Below, piece after piece: positions 38,627 through 52,383 of a DNA stretch of 64,000 nucleotides. Below the pieces are notes generated by a model. That model worked only from the letters and a program-made list of their open reading frames with translations, was not told the DNA's origin and ran no database searches. This DNA is from Aplysia californica (lineage: Eukaryota): contig NW_004797760.1 of NCBI RefSeq assembly GCF_000002075.1, positions 401,993 to 465,992 on the forward strand, written 5' to 3'. Within the stretch, counting starts at the first letter, position 1, and each line of letters opens with the position of its first letter. Both the position numbers and the translations under genes were made by a program.

Positions 38627-41600
38627 TTCCATTTATAAAACATACACACATATATATATAGGCATGTTTATATGTTTTAACAGACAAAGCGACACTACAC
38701 ACTTAGCACGGGAACGAAACCTGCTCCTCCCCTCAACTTCCTAAGGATACCAGAGGAAGAAAAAAGGAAAAACTAAAAGTAACAGATGCAGCAAATTTTT
38801 TTTTCCTGATAAATATTGATGTTTGCTTTAAATTTGCCATCTTTTTCTGTCATAAATAATAATGTAAGTGGATGCTTTCTAACCTTTCTGAAGACTCCGC
38901 ATTTTCACGGCATTGTATCTCTACACTCCTCCAGTATGACTCGAAGAGGGTGGAAACTTTGTCCAAGCGACTGATTGATCAGATAATGGCAGAATGTCCA
39001 CAAGTGATCAGGAATGGTGATTCGAAACAGACATACCCCGGTAAAGGAACTGATATTGTCATATTATAAACTGACATATGTGAGGCGTGCTGACAAAGTG
39101 AGTTACTTCTCACAATCCACAAATGGAGATATTGACCAAAAATCGACACTTGGGTCAAATTTCTAGGTTTGTTATTGATGCAATATTCATAAAGTAGTAA
39201 ATGCCTTTTGCTATTTCATATTTACATTTTTATAAAAACTGCACCTCTAAGCATGATGTATCTATTTCCATAGAGCCCTAATCCGAGAAGTAACTCATTT
39301 AGTCAGCACACTCCACATATGATCTTTATTGGGATTCATTCATGTTTTGAAGTTATGTTTTCTATTCATACTCAAATTATAAATAAATTGCCGCTCAGAG
39401 GTATGAATGTAAGAATTTCTAATTTTTCTTGTACTGAGAACTTACTGCCCTGCTGTTCATGTGAGAATTGTTGGTTTCAAATTTCATATATCTCTTTAGA
39501 ATCTGGTTACATTTTTATTTTTAATTTTCAGTATTCATATATATGAAAACATTTTTGATCCTTTAAGAGGTATTACTGTTCTACTGAAATGAGTATTTGC
39601 TTTTGATTAAAAGTAAGAGATGAAGAGTTCTTGGATGTCGTTATGAACTGGGATGCTACTAGGTAAGTACATTGCTTGTCTGACAGACAGTTCGCTTTTT
39701 AAACTCTAGAATTTGAAAGGACTTCCGGCAGTGACATTTGCTACTAAGTGGTAATCTTCAGGGCAAATAAAGAATTCTTGGACAGTAGCATTTTTTAAAG
39801 ATATAAATCATCCCATTTTTTTTCACTCATGGATGATTTACTTTGTCTTGTGCGTTGCAGGGTGCGTTAATCTGTCTTTTGCCTATGTGGAAGGAGAAAG
39901 CTTGCTCATGGCTTTAAAGGATGTGGCGTTATCATCAGGGAGGTATGATGTTGTTGACTTCTCTGTGTGGTCGGTCATCTGACTGGACTTTATACGAAGC
40001 CTTCTCTTTGTATCTCTAAATGTGACAGTTATAATGCTGACTTGCCTTTTACTGTAATAATCATCATCATCGTCATCAAATATCAGATCTACAACAGACA
40101 TTGGCGATCATTGTTCGCCATTCTTTACCTCGCTCAGATTCTCTCCCCCCCCCAAAAAAAGGGGGGGGGGGGTATTTCTTTTTCTTTAAATACAAAAGGA
40201 CCTGCTAACAATAATTTTTGAAAGAAAGTCTTGTCAGCCACATATGATTCAAATTCTTTTTTTTCCCGCATGATTGTTTTCTTCTCATGCAAATTCTCTT
40301 AGGAAAACTGATACTGCCGTAGCTATTTAAATGTAATTTTCACAGGTTTTTTTTTAGCACTACCATTCCGTCTGTTGTTCTTGGGTGAAATTGGGAATAT
40401 TAAGACATAGTTCAGTATGACAGTACGCCATTATGTTTCTTTAATTTCATGTTTCTTTTTTTTTTCTCTTTCCAGTGCTTGCACTTCTGCATCATTAGAG
40501 CCTTCATATGTTCTCAGAGCTATTGGTGCGGATGAGGATTTGGCTCACTCTTCTATCAGGTAAGGTTTGCTTTTTTGATACCTTTTTACTTTTTCCTTAC
40601 TTCAGTGTATTGTGTACTGTTGGAGAGTAATGTTTGGCAAGCTCAGTTGATTACTTTTTCCTTACTTCAGTGTATTGTGTACTGTTGGAGAGTAATGTTT
40701 GGCAAGCTCAGTTGATAACTTTTTCCTTACTTCAGTGTATTGTGTACTGTTGGAGAGTAATGTTTGGCAAGCTCAGTTGATAACTTTTTCCTTACTTCAG
40801 TGTATTGTGTACTGTTGGAGAGTAATGTTTGGCAAGCTCAGTTGATAACTTTTTCCTTACTTCAGTGTATTGTGTACTGTTGGAGAGTAATGTTTGGCAA
40901 GCTTAGTTGATAACTTTGTTTGTGGGAAATCGTTCTCATAGCTCCCCACAGCAATCTACAGCAACTTTCATTATTGTCTGTTGTGGCATGCCATGGAACT
41001 TCAAAGAAGCTATATGCAGCTAGGTGCTAAAAACTGTGAGATCCGTCTGTTGTGGGTTTTTGGCGAAGGGTATCCGTTGCTTTTGGAATAAGACAAATAT
41101 AATGAAAATTTAATTTTTATCACGAGGCAGAGATACCCATTATGAATCAAATATTGTCAGCCGAATATGCATTCAGAGCCTGCTTTTTCTGCTCTGTCCA
41201 AAGTAAAAGTATCTTTTGGCAAATGTGATGTTTTGTTTTGATTAATTAGAGACATCTTTCAATTGCAGCTATAGAAATTGTTCTCTTTTTTTTTCCTCCT
41301 GCAATGCATAATGTAAGCTAACTCATATTGTGGCTGTCACCGTCTATGTTGTTATTAGGGGTGAGAATATCCTGAAGTGGAAACAAAATTTCCCTTTTGT
41401 ATACTTTAATGCTTTCAGAACTGATACAGCCCTAGAATTCAGACAGTATATTGACTTTAGTATGGATACTTTAAGATACAGATGAGCAAAAAAATAGCTT
41501 TGCCTCACCCTTGCAACTTCAACCTCTTCTCCGTCTGAGTTACAAGACTGACCTTACTTGTGCCTGTGTTTTGTACCTATAATCACTTATTTCAAAGGTC

Positions 41601-42280
41601 AAAAGGTGAATTGTTGATAAAAAGATATCTTTTTCAGTTGTCATTCATGTGTTATAAATATCGAACATTTGTACAGAATGTTATTTCGTATAGATGTAGT
41701 GGTGAGCATTATTATGATGTATTTTCTAATGTTTTAGGTTTGGCATTGGAAGGTTTACAACCGAGGAAGAAATTGACTTTACAGCCCAGAAATGTATCAC
41801 TCATGTGAAGAGACTGCGAGAGATGAGGTGAGGGAAGATTTTGTACATCAATGAAGTTGCTACTTACTGTTATTATGCAAACAAACTATTTGAAATTTGC
41901 ATTTTAAAAGATACTGCTTCATTTTATTCATGCCAGTACGGAAGAATTAATCATCCCCTTGATTTCACTTCAAAGAAAAAGGAACATGTTTTGTGAAAGC
42001 GGGTTTATTTTCCCGTGGGTTTCTCAACCCTTTGAACCTAAGTGTAAGGCTAGTATAGCATCCAGGGCATTAGAGCAGGGATGGGAATTTTGAAAACCTT
42101 TACAACAGTAGTATAAACTATCTGGTCCCGTTTTTAGCTTTCAGTTCAATATTTTTGCATTGATTTACTCGTAAATTTGCATTTTAGTTTTCACTTTTGT
42201 TTTATTTTTGTTTCAGTCCATTGTGGGAAATGGTTCAAGACGGCATTGACCTCAAGTCAATCAAGTGGACTCAGCACTAG
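28846..42280 (+). CDS. NFS1: Mitochondrial cysteine desulfurase, 460 aa. Exons 28846-28990, 31788-31858, 32636-32752, 33164-33301, 34558-34656, 35561-35654, 36627-36761, 38225-38382, 38935-39040, 39861-39942, 40476-40559, 41738-41827, 42217-42280
   Basis: All introns are GT-AG and in frame (1383 nt total). Motifs: [45 protein letters not shown] lysine in [27 protein letters not shown], catalytic Cys in SSGSACTS, C-terminal IKWTQH. Basic Ser-rich presequence. Confidence 0.97.
29255..30172. mobile_element. Unclassified non-autonomous repeat rich in TATTCTCAC(N)GTGAGAATA palindromes; related element at about 27090-27615
   Basis: Palindromic motif repeated at both ends and internally. Confidence 0.5.
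30955..31710. repeat. Diverged tandem duplication (~350-390 bp) ending in Tigger-like MITE termini
   Basis: CGCAACATGATC..TGGATTATGA..CCCACA..AGGGGCC..ATGACAAA occurs twice; both units end GCAGGTT...CTGTA. Confidence 0.6.
34141..34395. repeat. 21-bp minisatellite, ~12 copies
   Basis: Unit CAGTTCAC(A/C)TAATGTCACTGT. Confidence 0.95.
36225..36445. repeat. ~113-bp tandem duplication
   Basis: TATTTACATTGATTCTTTG...TTTAAGTG.GTTTGT occurs twice. Confidence 0.85.
36770..37415 (-). mobile_element. CR1/L2-type LINE 3' fragment with (CA)n in the 3' UTR
   Basis: Decayed [19 protein letters not shown]...RSFAH motifs on -; tail GCGCCTAGAGC...GGGCGCTGTAGAAAT...(TAT)n. Confidence 0.65.
37865..38042 (+). 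mobile_element. Short retroposon family A copy
   Basis: Starts GTGGGTAGTTGGTGCGTGCTCTGG and ends CCTCTACTAAAAC. Confidence 0.85.
39076..39320. mobile_element. MITE with ATATGTG termini
   Basis: TIRs ATATGTGAGGCGTGCTGACAAAGTGAGTTACTTCTC / GAGAAGTAACTCATTTAGTCAGCACACTCCACATAT. Confidence 0.75.
40588..40917. repeat. 65-bp tandem repeat, 5 copies
   Basis: Near-identical units start at 40588, 40653, 40718, 40783 and 40848. Confidence 0.95.
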
Positions 42281-42834
42281 GAAAAAGCAAGCTTCGTTTT
42301 TGTACATTAGTAAGCATAAGAGATTGATATTTATGCAGAAACCTTTGCTCTGTTCTTCAAAAAAATTTTTGTGTAGTATATATAGAGATAAGGTGATTCA
42401 TAATGACACAATGTTTGTCTGCAAGTATGAGGAATAAGAAGAGGATAGAGAGAAAGTGCATTGAATAGTGAAGAAGCTGTGGCTTCCCTGAGCATTCTCC
42501 GCCTACTAGCTTGGTGTGATCTGAGATGGGTTGTTATTGCTGCAGTGTAACGCCCATGTAGTCAAAGTCTCAGGGGGGTCATTTTGAAGGTCACCTTCAC
42601 CAGGTTGAGGAGAACTTGATGAGAAATGATGAGGAAAATAATTCAAACCCTGCTGGGAATTGAACCTCAAACTTCTAGGTAGCAGGTCATGTTCATGACT
42701 GAATGGGCTGCAGCAGCAGGATTCAACAGTTTATTTAGTATGGTCAGAGTTGAGTATGGGTGGACAGTTGGAGAGATTTCTTTTACTGGATATTCAATAT
42801 ATTCAACAAAGCAGATATTATCATTACTGTACTC

Positions 42835-43076
42835 CAAAGACCCTCGACAAGCATCATCAGGCAGGCTTTAACGTGGAACCCACAAGGAAAGCTTAAGAAG
42901 GGAAGACCAAAGATGACATGGAGGCGAGCGGTACAAGCGGAAATTGAAAAAGCGGGGACATCATGGAAACAGATAGAAAAGGATGCTCAGGACAGGCTTC
43001 ACTGGAGTAATGTTGTTGATGGCCTGTGCTCCACTGGGAGTTAAAAAGGGCAAGACTGGGAGTTAAAAAGGGCAAG
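42835..43076 (+). mobile_element. RTE-type LINE 3' fragment in the probable NFS1 3' UTR
   Basis: RQALTWNPQGKLKKGRPKMTWRR...AQDR..W...VDGLCSTGS*, followed by duplicated ACTGGGAGTTAAAAAGGGCAAG. Confidence 0.8.
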
Positions 43077-43790
43077 AGAGAGACTCCAAAGACTGAGAGT
43101 GCTGTACATGTAACAATGGGATACAATGATGTATTTGTGTGGCCCTCCTCTGAACGATCTTTTTGATGGCTGCTTGTCAGGCAAGAGATGATCCTATGTT
43201 CTATGTTGATAAAACAGCCATGTGCAATCACCTGCTCTATGAGATGAGTATCTTACAGTCGGTTGTTCCCTGAGTTCTAGCAGGGGTAAGAGAACGAGAA
43301 GAAGAGAATGGCTGTAATTTCTCAATTGATGGATGTGACTACCTTAATAGTTGGGCCCAAGTCAGTGGATGTACTCCCATAATGCCCATAAGTCTGTCTC
43401 AAGATCTACTTCACCTGCCAACTATTTATCCTTGCTTCCGCTGTAACACTTTGCGGGCATTTCTCTTTTTCTATGAAACTCCTTATAGGGGTACAAAATG
43501 CTCATGTCTTCAGAAAATGTTTCTGCCTCAACTATTTATCCTTGCTTCCGCTGGTCACTCATTGAATGTTCTCATTATTAATTGACGAATTCTGGCCTCA
43601 AAGTCTTTATTTCTTCAAGGATTTTCCTTGATGAAGACACATATGAGTCTAAAAGTATCAAATGATAGGGTGATGACATTTGTCAAGAAATTTTTGTGGA
43701 AAATCCTGGCTTTCCGTTTTTAACCTGAGGATTTTTGAGAACCTTGTTTTGTTCATCATGCAAGAAAGAAGAACAGGAGAGCTAAATGTA

Positions 43791-44224
43791 ATATGTGGCC
43801 ACGACGTGGCGGAATCAGGCTCTCGTCAAAATAATCAAAGTTAAGAAACTGGCATTGTTCCGCAGATTTGAGAAATTATATCGAATTTTTGCTTTTTGGC
43901 TCAACACCTTTCATGAGAACTCATTTCTGTGTGGATTTGACTGAAAAACGTGGATTGAAGGCACAAAAAATGAAAATTTTCAGCTACCACAGACTCAAAC
44001 TAAGGAAATAACTAACATTTGGCAGCCCTTTTCTCACTAATTTTACCTCTGAAACCAGGTGACCCCAACATCCTTCATTTGCAAATATCTCGATTTGTAT
44101 TCAAGATAAATGGATATTTTTTTCATTCAAATAAAGACAAGTAAACAAGCTTTAAGATGATACCAATAACTCTACATGCCCAAAAATTGACGAGAGCCTG
44201 ATTCCACCACGTCGTGCCACATAT
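43791..44224. mobile_element. MITE with long TIRs, copy 2
   Basis: ~38-bp TIR ATATGTGG(C)CACGACGTGGYGGAATCAGGCTCTCGTCAA; homologous to 7613-8039. Confidence 0.85.
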
Positions 44225-44847
44225 TAATACCTGAAGGAAAATTGGTTAGACTATGACATGATAAGTAGCGAACAGAATATAATGAATCATTTGAAACTGT
44301 ACCTTTTATTGCTTGCAGTTGCTATGCGGGCCCCTATTAGATCAAACCCAAGTTTCAATTAGTAAATATAATTATATTTTCCTTTCTTCAACAGTTATTG
44401 ACTTCCTGTCATTTCTTACTTGAATGGCTGGAATCTTTTGATGGGGATATCTCTCCAAAGTAGATGTTTGCATTTTAAGAAGCTGAAAATGAAATACTGA
44501 AGTGAAAATTTGTCGTTCTGACTCTATTTGAAATGTCGCAATGATGTGAAAAGCTTTGTGATGTGTTGAGTTTATGTCTTGTAGCCAAGGTACTTTGAAA
44601 ATCTATCAAGATGTTTGCTCTTGGCATTCTTGTACAGGTCTGACAGTTTTCTATTGTTATGTGAACAGAAATTGATGTAGGCCTCATATTTCGCCCTGTT
44701 TTTTAAATTCAAATAAAGACTCATACTCATAATCTTGTAGATTGGTAGCTTATTTTTTAAGTGTATACATCAGATTTTGATTTTGACTGTATAATATTTG
44801 TTCGAAATGCTCACTTACTTTAGTAGCAGTGAATCTGTTGCTAATTG

Positions 44848-45195
44848 TGGCATTGGTAGTCTAGCGTTTTGCGTACTGGACTCGTAATCGTGAGTTTGCG
44901 GGTTCAAGGAATCGAGCCTCAGACATAATGTTGTGCCCTTCGGAAAGGCACTTAACACAAATTTTCCTCACTCCACCCAGGTGGGAATGGGTACCCGGTC
45001 ATAGACAGCGAAAGATCCTGTCAGTATGTTAGTGTTTAATGCCTTTAAAATGGCAGCTTGCACTGTATGCTTCCCAGGAAGTTGAGATTGTTTCAGAATG
45101 CTATCAGGTCTGCCGGGGTGATAATATAGATTGTAGAAGCGCATAAAGCTTGCTGTTGAGCGGGAGTTTGCGCTATACAAATACTCTATATATTA
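44848..45195 (+). mobile_element. CORE-like SINE family 1 copy
   Basis: Head, core and tail all align with the other copies. Confidence 0.8.
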
Positions 45196-45492
45196 TTCAT
45201 TGGGAAAGGTTATAAAAGCACAAATGTAAAATAATCTTTGTATGTTTTCAGAAAATAAAATTTAAAAGGATATGTTTTCAAAATGGATGAAGTTCTTTGA
45301 AAGTCTTTTTTTTTTATATTGTCTTAAACAGGCCAACGGTTGACAGGAAAACACTGGCTTTAAGTGTCAGTGTAAAGAGAACAGAATCTCCTCTGTTTAA
45401 ATTTAGTTCAAATTGTTGTTAATTGGGTCTTTGCTTGTTCATTTTCTCTTTTTTTGACTTCATCTTTCTAACTCTATTACACCCTGAGATAT

Positions 45493-45878
45493 TGCTACTT
45501 ACTGAAGTGTCTTTAGGCCATTCCCAAAGGGGAGACATTAACATTTCGAGTTCTTTTGCACAGTAGATTGTAAATGGACTGATTCATCAATGTCACACTC
45601 ATAACAGTGCCTGGACTGCAACAGGGAACTGCTGTTATTTCTTTCCTAGTCCTTTCTATCATCATTTTTCCTCCTCTTCTTTTGTATGTTTGTCACATTT
45701 TTGTGACTCGCTATTTCCCAGAGTGCCTTGATAGTCGAAGCAGACTTTGTGCTGTAGAAGCTAAAGAGGTGAGCAGAGTAAGTCTGATTCCCTGTAAGGA
45801 CTTCTCTATTGACATCCACCCCTTGGCGCTCATATGACCTTATGCAGTTGCAAGCGCCATAAAACCTCAACTAAAACT
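45493..45878 (+). mobile_element. Short retroposon family B copy with TSD
   Basis: Flanked by ACCCT(G/C)AGATAT; shared 3' tail. Confidence 0.75.
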
Positions 45879-46621
45879 TTTTAAAAACCCTCAGATATGC
45901 CTTTCTTTGTTGGATTATTCTTGAAATACGTGCTGTACTTACGAAATAATATTCTGAAGTTTTTGAGCTGGTTACCCCTCAACACTCATGCTTCAGCCAC
46001 CAAGTTCTCTTGTTGCACTACAGTATTGATCTGTGTCATTTACGGAAAGTCAGTACAATAATGCCTGCATTTTACCTTGCTGCAACACATAATGATAATG
46101 TGAGGAATAATGAAAATAGATTTCTATAAGGTGCAGTCTACATACTACATGAGAGTGCCAATCACTTGTGTTTGAAAAAAACAACAACCCCAAAACAAAC
46201 CATTTTAAACACTGCCAGTATCACTGTTTCTTATAATCCTCTTTTCAGTCATTCTTTGATATATATAATATTATATATTTTTTCTTGGAAAACTTCACAT
46301 GTGTTATGTACTGTTTGCATTGCAGAAGGAGACTTTGAAGTTGTAAGGGGTCTTCTCTTCTTTGAATCAGAAATGACTTTTGGACCTGTTTCTCCCATTC
46401 TATTGACTGACCTGTATGAAATGACATAAGGGAGGGGGTGAATTTCAAACTGATACATGTTTTTAAAAATGTGTTTTACAATGTCATCAACAAAGTTTAG
46501 ATCACTTCAGAAGTGGGCTTCGGCCCTGCTTGTCAGGTCCAACTCAGGCTGAGAGGGATACAAAGTTCCTGTAGAAAGACCACAATACCGGTACTCAGTA
46601 AAAATTCTTCCCACAGGGAAA

Positions 46622-46940
46622 TTTTAGTTTTAGTAAGTGTTTTACGGCACTTGCAACTCAATAAGGTCATATATAAGTGCTGAAGATTAGAGGTGTTACA
46701 AGAGAGTAACAAACACAAAAAAGAAGGAAGGGAGATCAAGACGATAGATGTTTGATAGGAAAGAAGTTAGTTTCAGTAAGTATTTTACGGTACTTGCAAC
46801 ACAATAAGGTCATATAAGTGCCGAAGATTAGAGGTGTTATAAGAAAGTAACAAACACAAAAAAGGAGGGGAGATAAAGATGATAGATCATGTTTGAAAGG
46901 AAAGAAGTAAACCACACCAGAGCATCCGCCGACCACCCAC
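46622..46940 (-). mobile_element. Family A tandem dimer (full copy plus 5'-truncated copy)
   Basis: Two adjacent copies inside one CCACAGGG direct repeat. Confidence 0.8.
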
Positions 46941-47847
46941 TCCACAGGGGAATAAAACTCAGGTTTTCTGCTTGCGGCAGAGAAATGCCTTACAGGGGCA
47001 CCACAGACAGGGGCACCACAGATACGGGCATTAATACATTTTTTTATCTTGGAACTTTTGGCATCATTCACACCGTATTTATTACCAAGCGAGTCGTGAT
47101 TGGGAATAACCACCGATTGTCCCCATCAGAGCTTTCTTGAACTTTAATTGTTCTTCGGGTTTTCAAAGCTCTCTCTAACTCCATCCTTTTCGTTTAGATT
47201 TAGTCCTACTATAATTGAAGGTGGGTTTTTTTATTGGAATTAGACACGGGCTGAGTAATGTAAGTGCTGCCAAATTTTTGGGTTTTTTTTGTTTTGTTTC
47301 AGTACGAGCTTTATGGAGCTCGCAACTACAACCCATGAATAAAAATTATTTCACAGTGGAGCTTATCTACTTTACTCAGTGATGTGGAAAACGTCTGGTC
47401 ATTTTATAATTATAAAGCCCCAGTACTTTTGGAGTTAACATTAACTGCTTGAATAAGAAAAGCAATGAAGACATATACCTTGGGTACACCTGCCTTTGTG
47501 CGAAACATTAGTTTCAATGCAGTTACCCTTCAAGAACCTACACCGACAAATGAGACTTATCAGGGGAAGGAATGAAAAGTAAAAGATTCATTACCAGTTC
47601 AGAACAGTCCGAGAGCTGACACTGTTCTCACTATTCTCCATCGACAAAATCATTTTGAATTCTTTCACTCTCACACGTACGAATATGAACAGGCTTGCTG
47701 TTTTAACTCCTCAAAGGCAACGTTTCGGCACCCTTAGAACCATCATACACAAATCAGAAACACGAGCTTGTATATTTCATAGTATGCACACTCTTGCATG
47801 TCTTTTAAAGTTTCAAATTTAAAGAAAAAAAATCGAAAACTTTTTTT

Positions 47848-48018
47848 TTGGTAAGAGTTTTACGACACTTGCAACACAATAAGGTCATATAAGTGCCGAA
47901 GATTAGAGGTGTTACAAGGGAGTAACAAACACAAAAAAGAAGCAGGAGAGATAAAGACGATAGACGTTTGATAGGAAAGAAGAAGCAAACCACACCAGAG
48001 CACCCGCCAACCATCCAT
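47848..48018 (-). mobile_element. Short retroposon family A copy
   Basis: Family A sequence flanked by AAAACTTTTTT. Confidence 0.8.
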
Positions 48019-48361
48019 TAAAAACTTTTTTGAAAAACCAAGTTATGGCCCAAAACAGTGCGCCTTCATATATTGTTGGATGATCAGAATGCTCGTCTTC
48101 AATGAGTTTTAAAAAATTACAGAGCAACCTTTTTACAGTACTACTGCTCTGAAACTTAGAGATGAATAGGCTATTCAGAGACAACATTTAGAACACATCT
48201 CTTTTGTTATAAACTTTAGGGCAACAAATATAGTCCTAATCCTGTTAAATATTTCAGACCTAGTCAAAATCACAAAATGGACTAGGAAACAAATCAGACT
48301 ACGGTTCGACAAGACAAGAAAACACAAACAGAATGACAAGTTTAGAAAAGTCAAAGGCAAA

Positions 48362-48475
48362 ACGCTGACGCTACAAGAGAAGCTATACGGGCCGACAGAT
48401 GAACTGAGCAGGACGGCCCAATTTATGACAGATACCAGACTTCAACTTCAAGTGTGATGCGATCGAGAAGAAGAA
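48362..48475 (+). mobile_element. Non-LTR retrotransposon extreme 3' end
   Basis: TLTLQEKLYGPTDELSRTAQFM followed by a (GAA)n tail; flanked by the direct repeat AAAGGCAAAACG (TSD). Confidence 0.6.
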
Positions 48476-49134
48476 AGGCAAAACGAATAATAAAAGAAGA
48501 CATATATTATTTTTTATTTGAGGAATTGCTGAAGACATGATTCAAAGTGATCATACAATATTAGAGTTCCAGCACGTTTCATCACAAAAACCTCCAGAGC
48601 ACACACAATATTCTAATGACAATGACAGATACCTCATCATACATAGCTAATCACATACAGCCTCACGGCATTCACACTGACAAGAGTATGACAAAGAAAA
48701 ACAAATGTTCAAAGTGACAAAGAAACATTATTATAGCATAACTAAAGTTGACTATGCTATAATAATGACAAATATAATACTATACACATTAAAAATAGCC
48801 TTTTTCATGATTCCTATTTAACACTTTATATTGTCAAAGTGCTACAACAATGGGTCAAGTGTGAACTTACCCAAAGTCAAACTGATCCACCATGGCTTTA
48901 TTTATGATAACCCATTATATGTCATAATATAATGATGTAAATGTGCCAGCGAATTATCAAATCATAAAGAAAAACCTATTATTATGACCAAAATCTGGAA
49001 AAGACATGCACTTCAGCGTACACCCCCCCCCCCCCCTCAATTCATCCGAACTATTGAACATGCCTTTGCCATAGCACTTTGACGAAAAATAAAGGCTGTA
49101 AAAAGGGGAGTGTGAAATAAATTATGCTAAATGA

Positions 49135-49199
<65 letters not shown>

Positions 49200-49621
49200 G
49201 GACTCCACTGCTTTACCCTGGCAGAAGTTTCATCTCTTTACTACGTATGATGATATAACAAATCAAATAATGTTACTGTTTGATGAAAATTTTAAAACAA
49301 GAAGATTAATTTTACATCGCAAATATTAAAATCTGGTTAGTTCTGAATTTAAACTCCTCTGATTCAAAAGATCCAAGAGCATTAAAAATCAAACCATTAA
49401 TCTGCAGAGAAGGCTGGTTTAACAACAACAAAAAAGAACGTTCGCAGCATCCTCAGTATCTGGCCTGATGCAAAGGTGAAAAAAAGTGGACTTTGAATGT
49501 AGGGTTGTGAAGAAGTAAGGCGCCGTGACATCTGGTATTTCTTCACAAGACAAAGGAGAAATGAAACCCACACAGTCTCCTTTTGGGTGACTGGGGGGGG
49601 GGGGGGGGGGGCGCCACTGGA

Positions 49622-49710
49622 TGTCCCACTACTTCTTTACTCTTGTCCCACTACTTCTTTACTCTTGTCCCACTACTTCTTTACTCTTGTCCCACTACTT
49701 CTTTACTCTT
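49622..49710. repeat. 22-bp minisatellite, 4 copies
   Basis: Unit TGTCCCACTACTTCTTTACTCT. Confidence 0.9.
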
Positions 49711-52383
49711 CACATTTGTTTCTGTCTTCTTTCTATTTTTCTTCCTCCAGGCACGAATAATACAGAATGTTTTATTATTCTTCGTCCAGGCACGAATAAT
49801 ACAGAATGTTTGTTACCGTGTCTATGAGTACACAAGTAAATAACCAGATTTGCTTCTTTTCAATGCTTCCCGGTAGCTTGCGCAGGTTACAGAGTTGTCA
49901 AGCAGTGTGAAAAACCATGGCTAAACATGCCTTAATCCACGAACACTCTGCATCCTTTAATAAATATTGAATCATAATCATACCATAGGCACAGAAAGCT
50001 TCACAAACTGCTACAATTTTGGAAGCACCATAAATATTTTTTATTTTAAATTTATTAATCGACAACTGAACCAATCTGAAAGATAAAATTTATATAGAGA
50101 CAGGACTTGTTAAACTGTTATACCTTCAATACAACTTTCGTCTCCATGATTGTACCAGCACTCTGAAATGAATGTCATTTCCAAGATAGATGCTTTATTA
50201 ACATAAAATTTAAACTAATATATATTGTAATTTGAAAATAAAAGTACAAGCCATACTGAAAATTCAAGTTCTAATTACAACAGTCTGTCAAACCATTAGA
50301 AAAACAGTTTTCATAATCCTGAAAGTTTTAAACGAAAAGACTCCCAAAAAGTAAACAACAATAAAACATAAAATTATAAAAGCCAAGAATTCAGCATAAT
50401 TTTAGAACAACATTTTATTTTAACAAAGATTCCAATATGCCCTTTTCATATCAAACCAAATAAATTACAGATACAACAAAAGTAGAATTGGACAACACCT
50501 TTCTTAGACTTAGTATGGTACTTTCCCCATGTTCTTTTTGAAATTACACCATGAGAGAATATGAACACAACCTGTATGTTGATAAAACCAGACTAAGACT
50601 GGTAATGACATTTTGTTCTAGAGAACATGGGCAGGGAGAACATTAGAGGGAAGGGTAGTCCCTGTGCAGTGCGACTTAAAGTATTGTTAAAGAAACATTC
50701 TTGGGGGAGGGTGGGGGTGGAAGAAGAGTCAACTATGTTTGAGCTAGATTCACATCTATTTCTTCACTTGTGATTGTGAAACGTAATCTTCAGGTCACTT
50801 TGCTCAGCACTCGGTGGAAAGGAAAAAGAAGAGACAGAGAATCAGAGAGACTGATTATAAGAGGACTGCAGAAATGACACAGGTCTGATCTTTATCACAT
50901 TCACATCAATGGGACTGGAAGACCGGAAAGAAAAAGAAAAGTTGTGGATAACTCACAATAGGTAATCATAAATAGTCCCAATAACTTTGGGGAGAGTGAA
51001 GGCTCACTGATAATGCCGGAAAGTCTTGATCGGTGTTGTAAAATATTTTTTTAAAAATCAAATAAAATAAATGTTGTAGGCTTCATTTTTGCATCTTAAC
51101 TTTCAGCGACAACCGTACATATATTTAAAAGTTAACTTCCCTAACTTGTTGGTATTGCACGACCGAAGCCAGGATGCTCCAAAAATCCTACAGGATGTGG
51201 AATGAGTAGTTCATGGGGGGGTGGGGGTCTTGAGAAAAAATCCTAGACAGAGAACTTGCGGGACCATGCAGATCTGATGCTGATTTATCTAAATTAGTTC
51301 AGAATGGCAGTTGTAGGTCTTTCCCCCAACCCCCCCACCTCCCCCGCAAACTTTTGTGAGCATACTTTTTTTTGCGGTCAATTGTGCGTCAGGTGTCACT
51401 TCAACATGCACTGTTCTAACAATGAACACATTTCTCCCAATGACACAGCGTTTGAAGCGTTTCCCACAATGTTTGACAAAAGTAGAAGATCCATAGGTCT
51501 TTTTATGTTACTTCCCTGATACATTTCTACTATATCAACAGCATTTCCAACAGAACTGTACTAATGCCCCAGCCTTTTGAACAGTGTAGCGATACTAGTA
51601 AGCCGATCGGACAATAAAAATAATTATGAGAAAATTCGAAGAAAAATGGATGATCAAAGGAAGAATTATTGTACTTTAATTATTTTTATTTTTGAAGAAG
51701 AAACGAGAACTTTCATTCTTTTTCTTCTTCAAGTGCCAGATCTGAAACAGACATTGGCAAATTTTGTTTGCCATTTATTTCTCTGCTCAGAAGCACATTA
51801 TCTCACAATCTGATCTGGACCACCCCCCCCTCCAAAAAATTTTTTTTTTTTAAATTGAGTGCACTTTTGCTATTATCCTTTCATTACATCTAGGCATTAT
51901 AGACCCACAGGAAAATTTGTCATCACTCTGACAAAAATAAATAAGGACGTCAACAGCAAACCGGCAAAGAATAACATTAAAAAAAAAAAAAAAGAAGTTC
52001 TACAAAGTCTACTCAAGGACAAAATGCTCAACATCATGTCTGTTGTAGTCATACTTTTAAAAACGCAGAAAAAGTCACTAAAATTCCATATGTAAAAGAC
52101 TTGTAATAAAGGTAAACGGACAGAGTCGGTCCACTTTTTTTTCTGTCTGTTGTAAAATCCAAGTTACCAGAGTGGGCCACTGTGAGGCGGACACCATCAT
52201 AAGCTCTCATACAAGTCAGTGAGCTCCACACATCTAGCAAAAACTTCTACTCATCTTAGACTTCTTTCACATCTACACCACCATACAGAGCAGAAAAGAT
52301 GACCACATACACCATATACCAACACAACAATTCTGTAAAAGACAAAAACAAACAACACCAGGAAGAGCTATGGGACTGCATCC

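Noticed and set aside
36641-38744. His/Thr- or Cys/Val-rich ORFs
   Set aside because: Translations of (CA)n microsatellites.
40598-40620. CAGTGT loops as iron-responsive elements in NFS1 (also 42543)
   Set aside because: No C-bulge with a 5-bp upper stem, and the repeat copies are intronic.
46245-48240. Exon-like segments on - between NFS1 and TMEM208
   Set aside because: Some splice-like signals, but no stop-free chain or recognisable protein. A non-coding transcript cannot be excluded.
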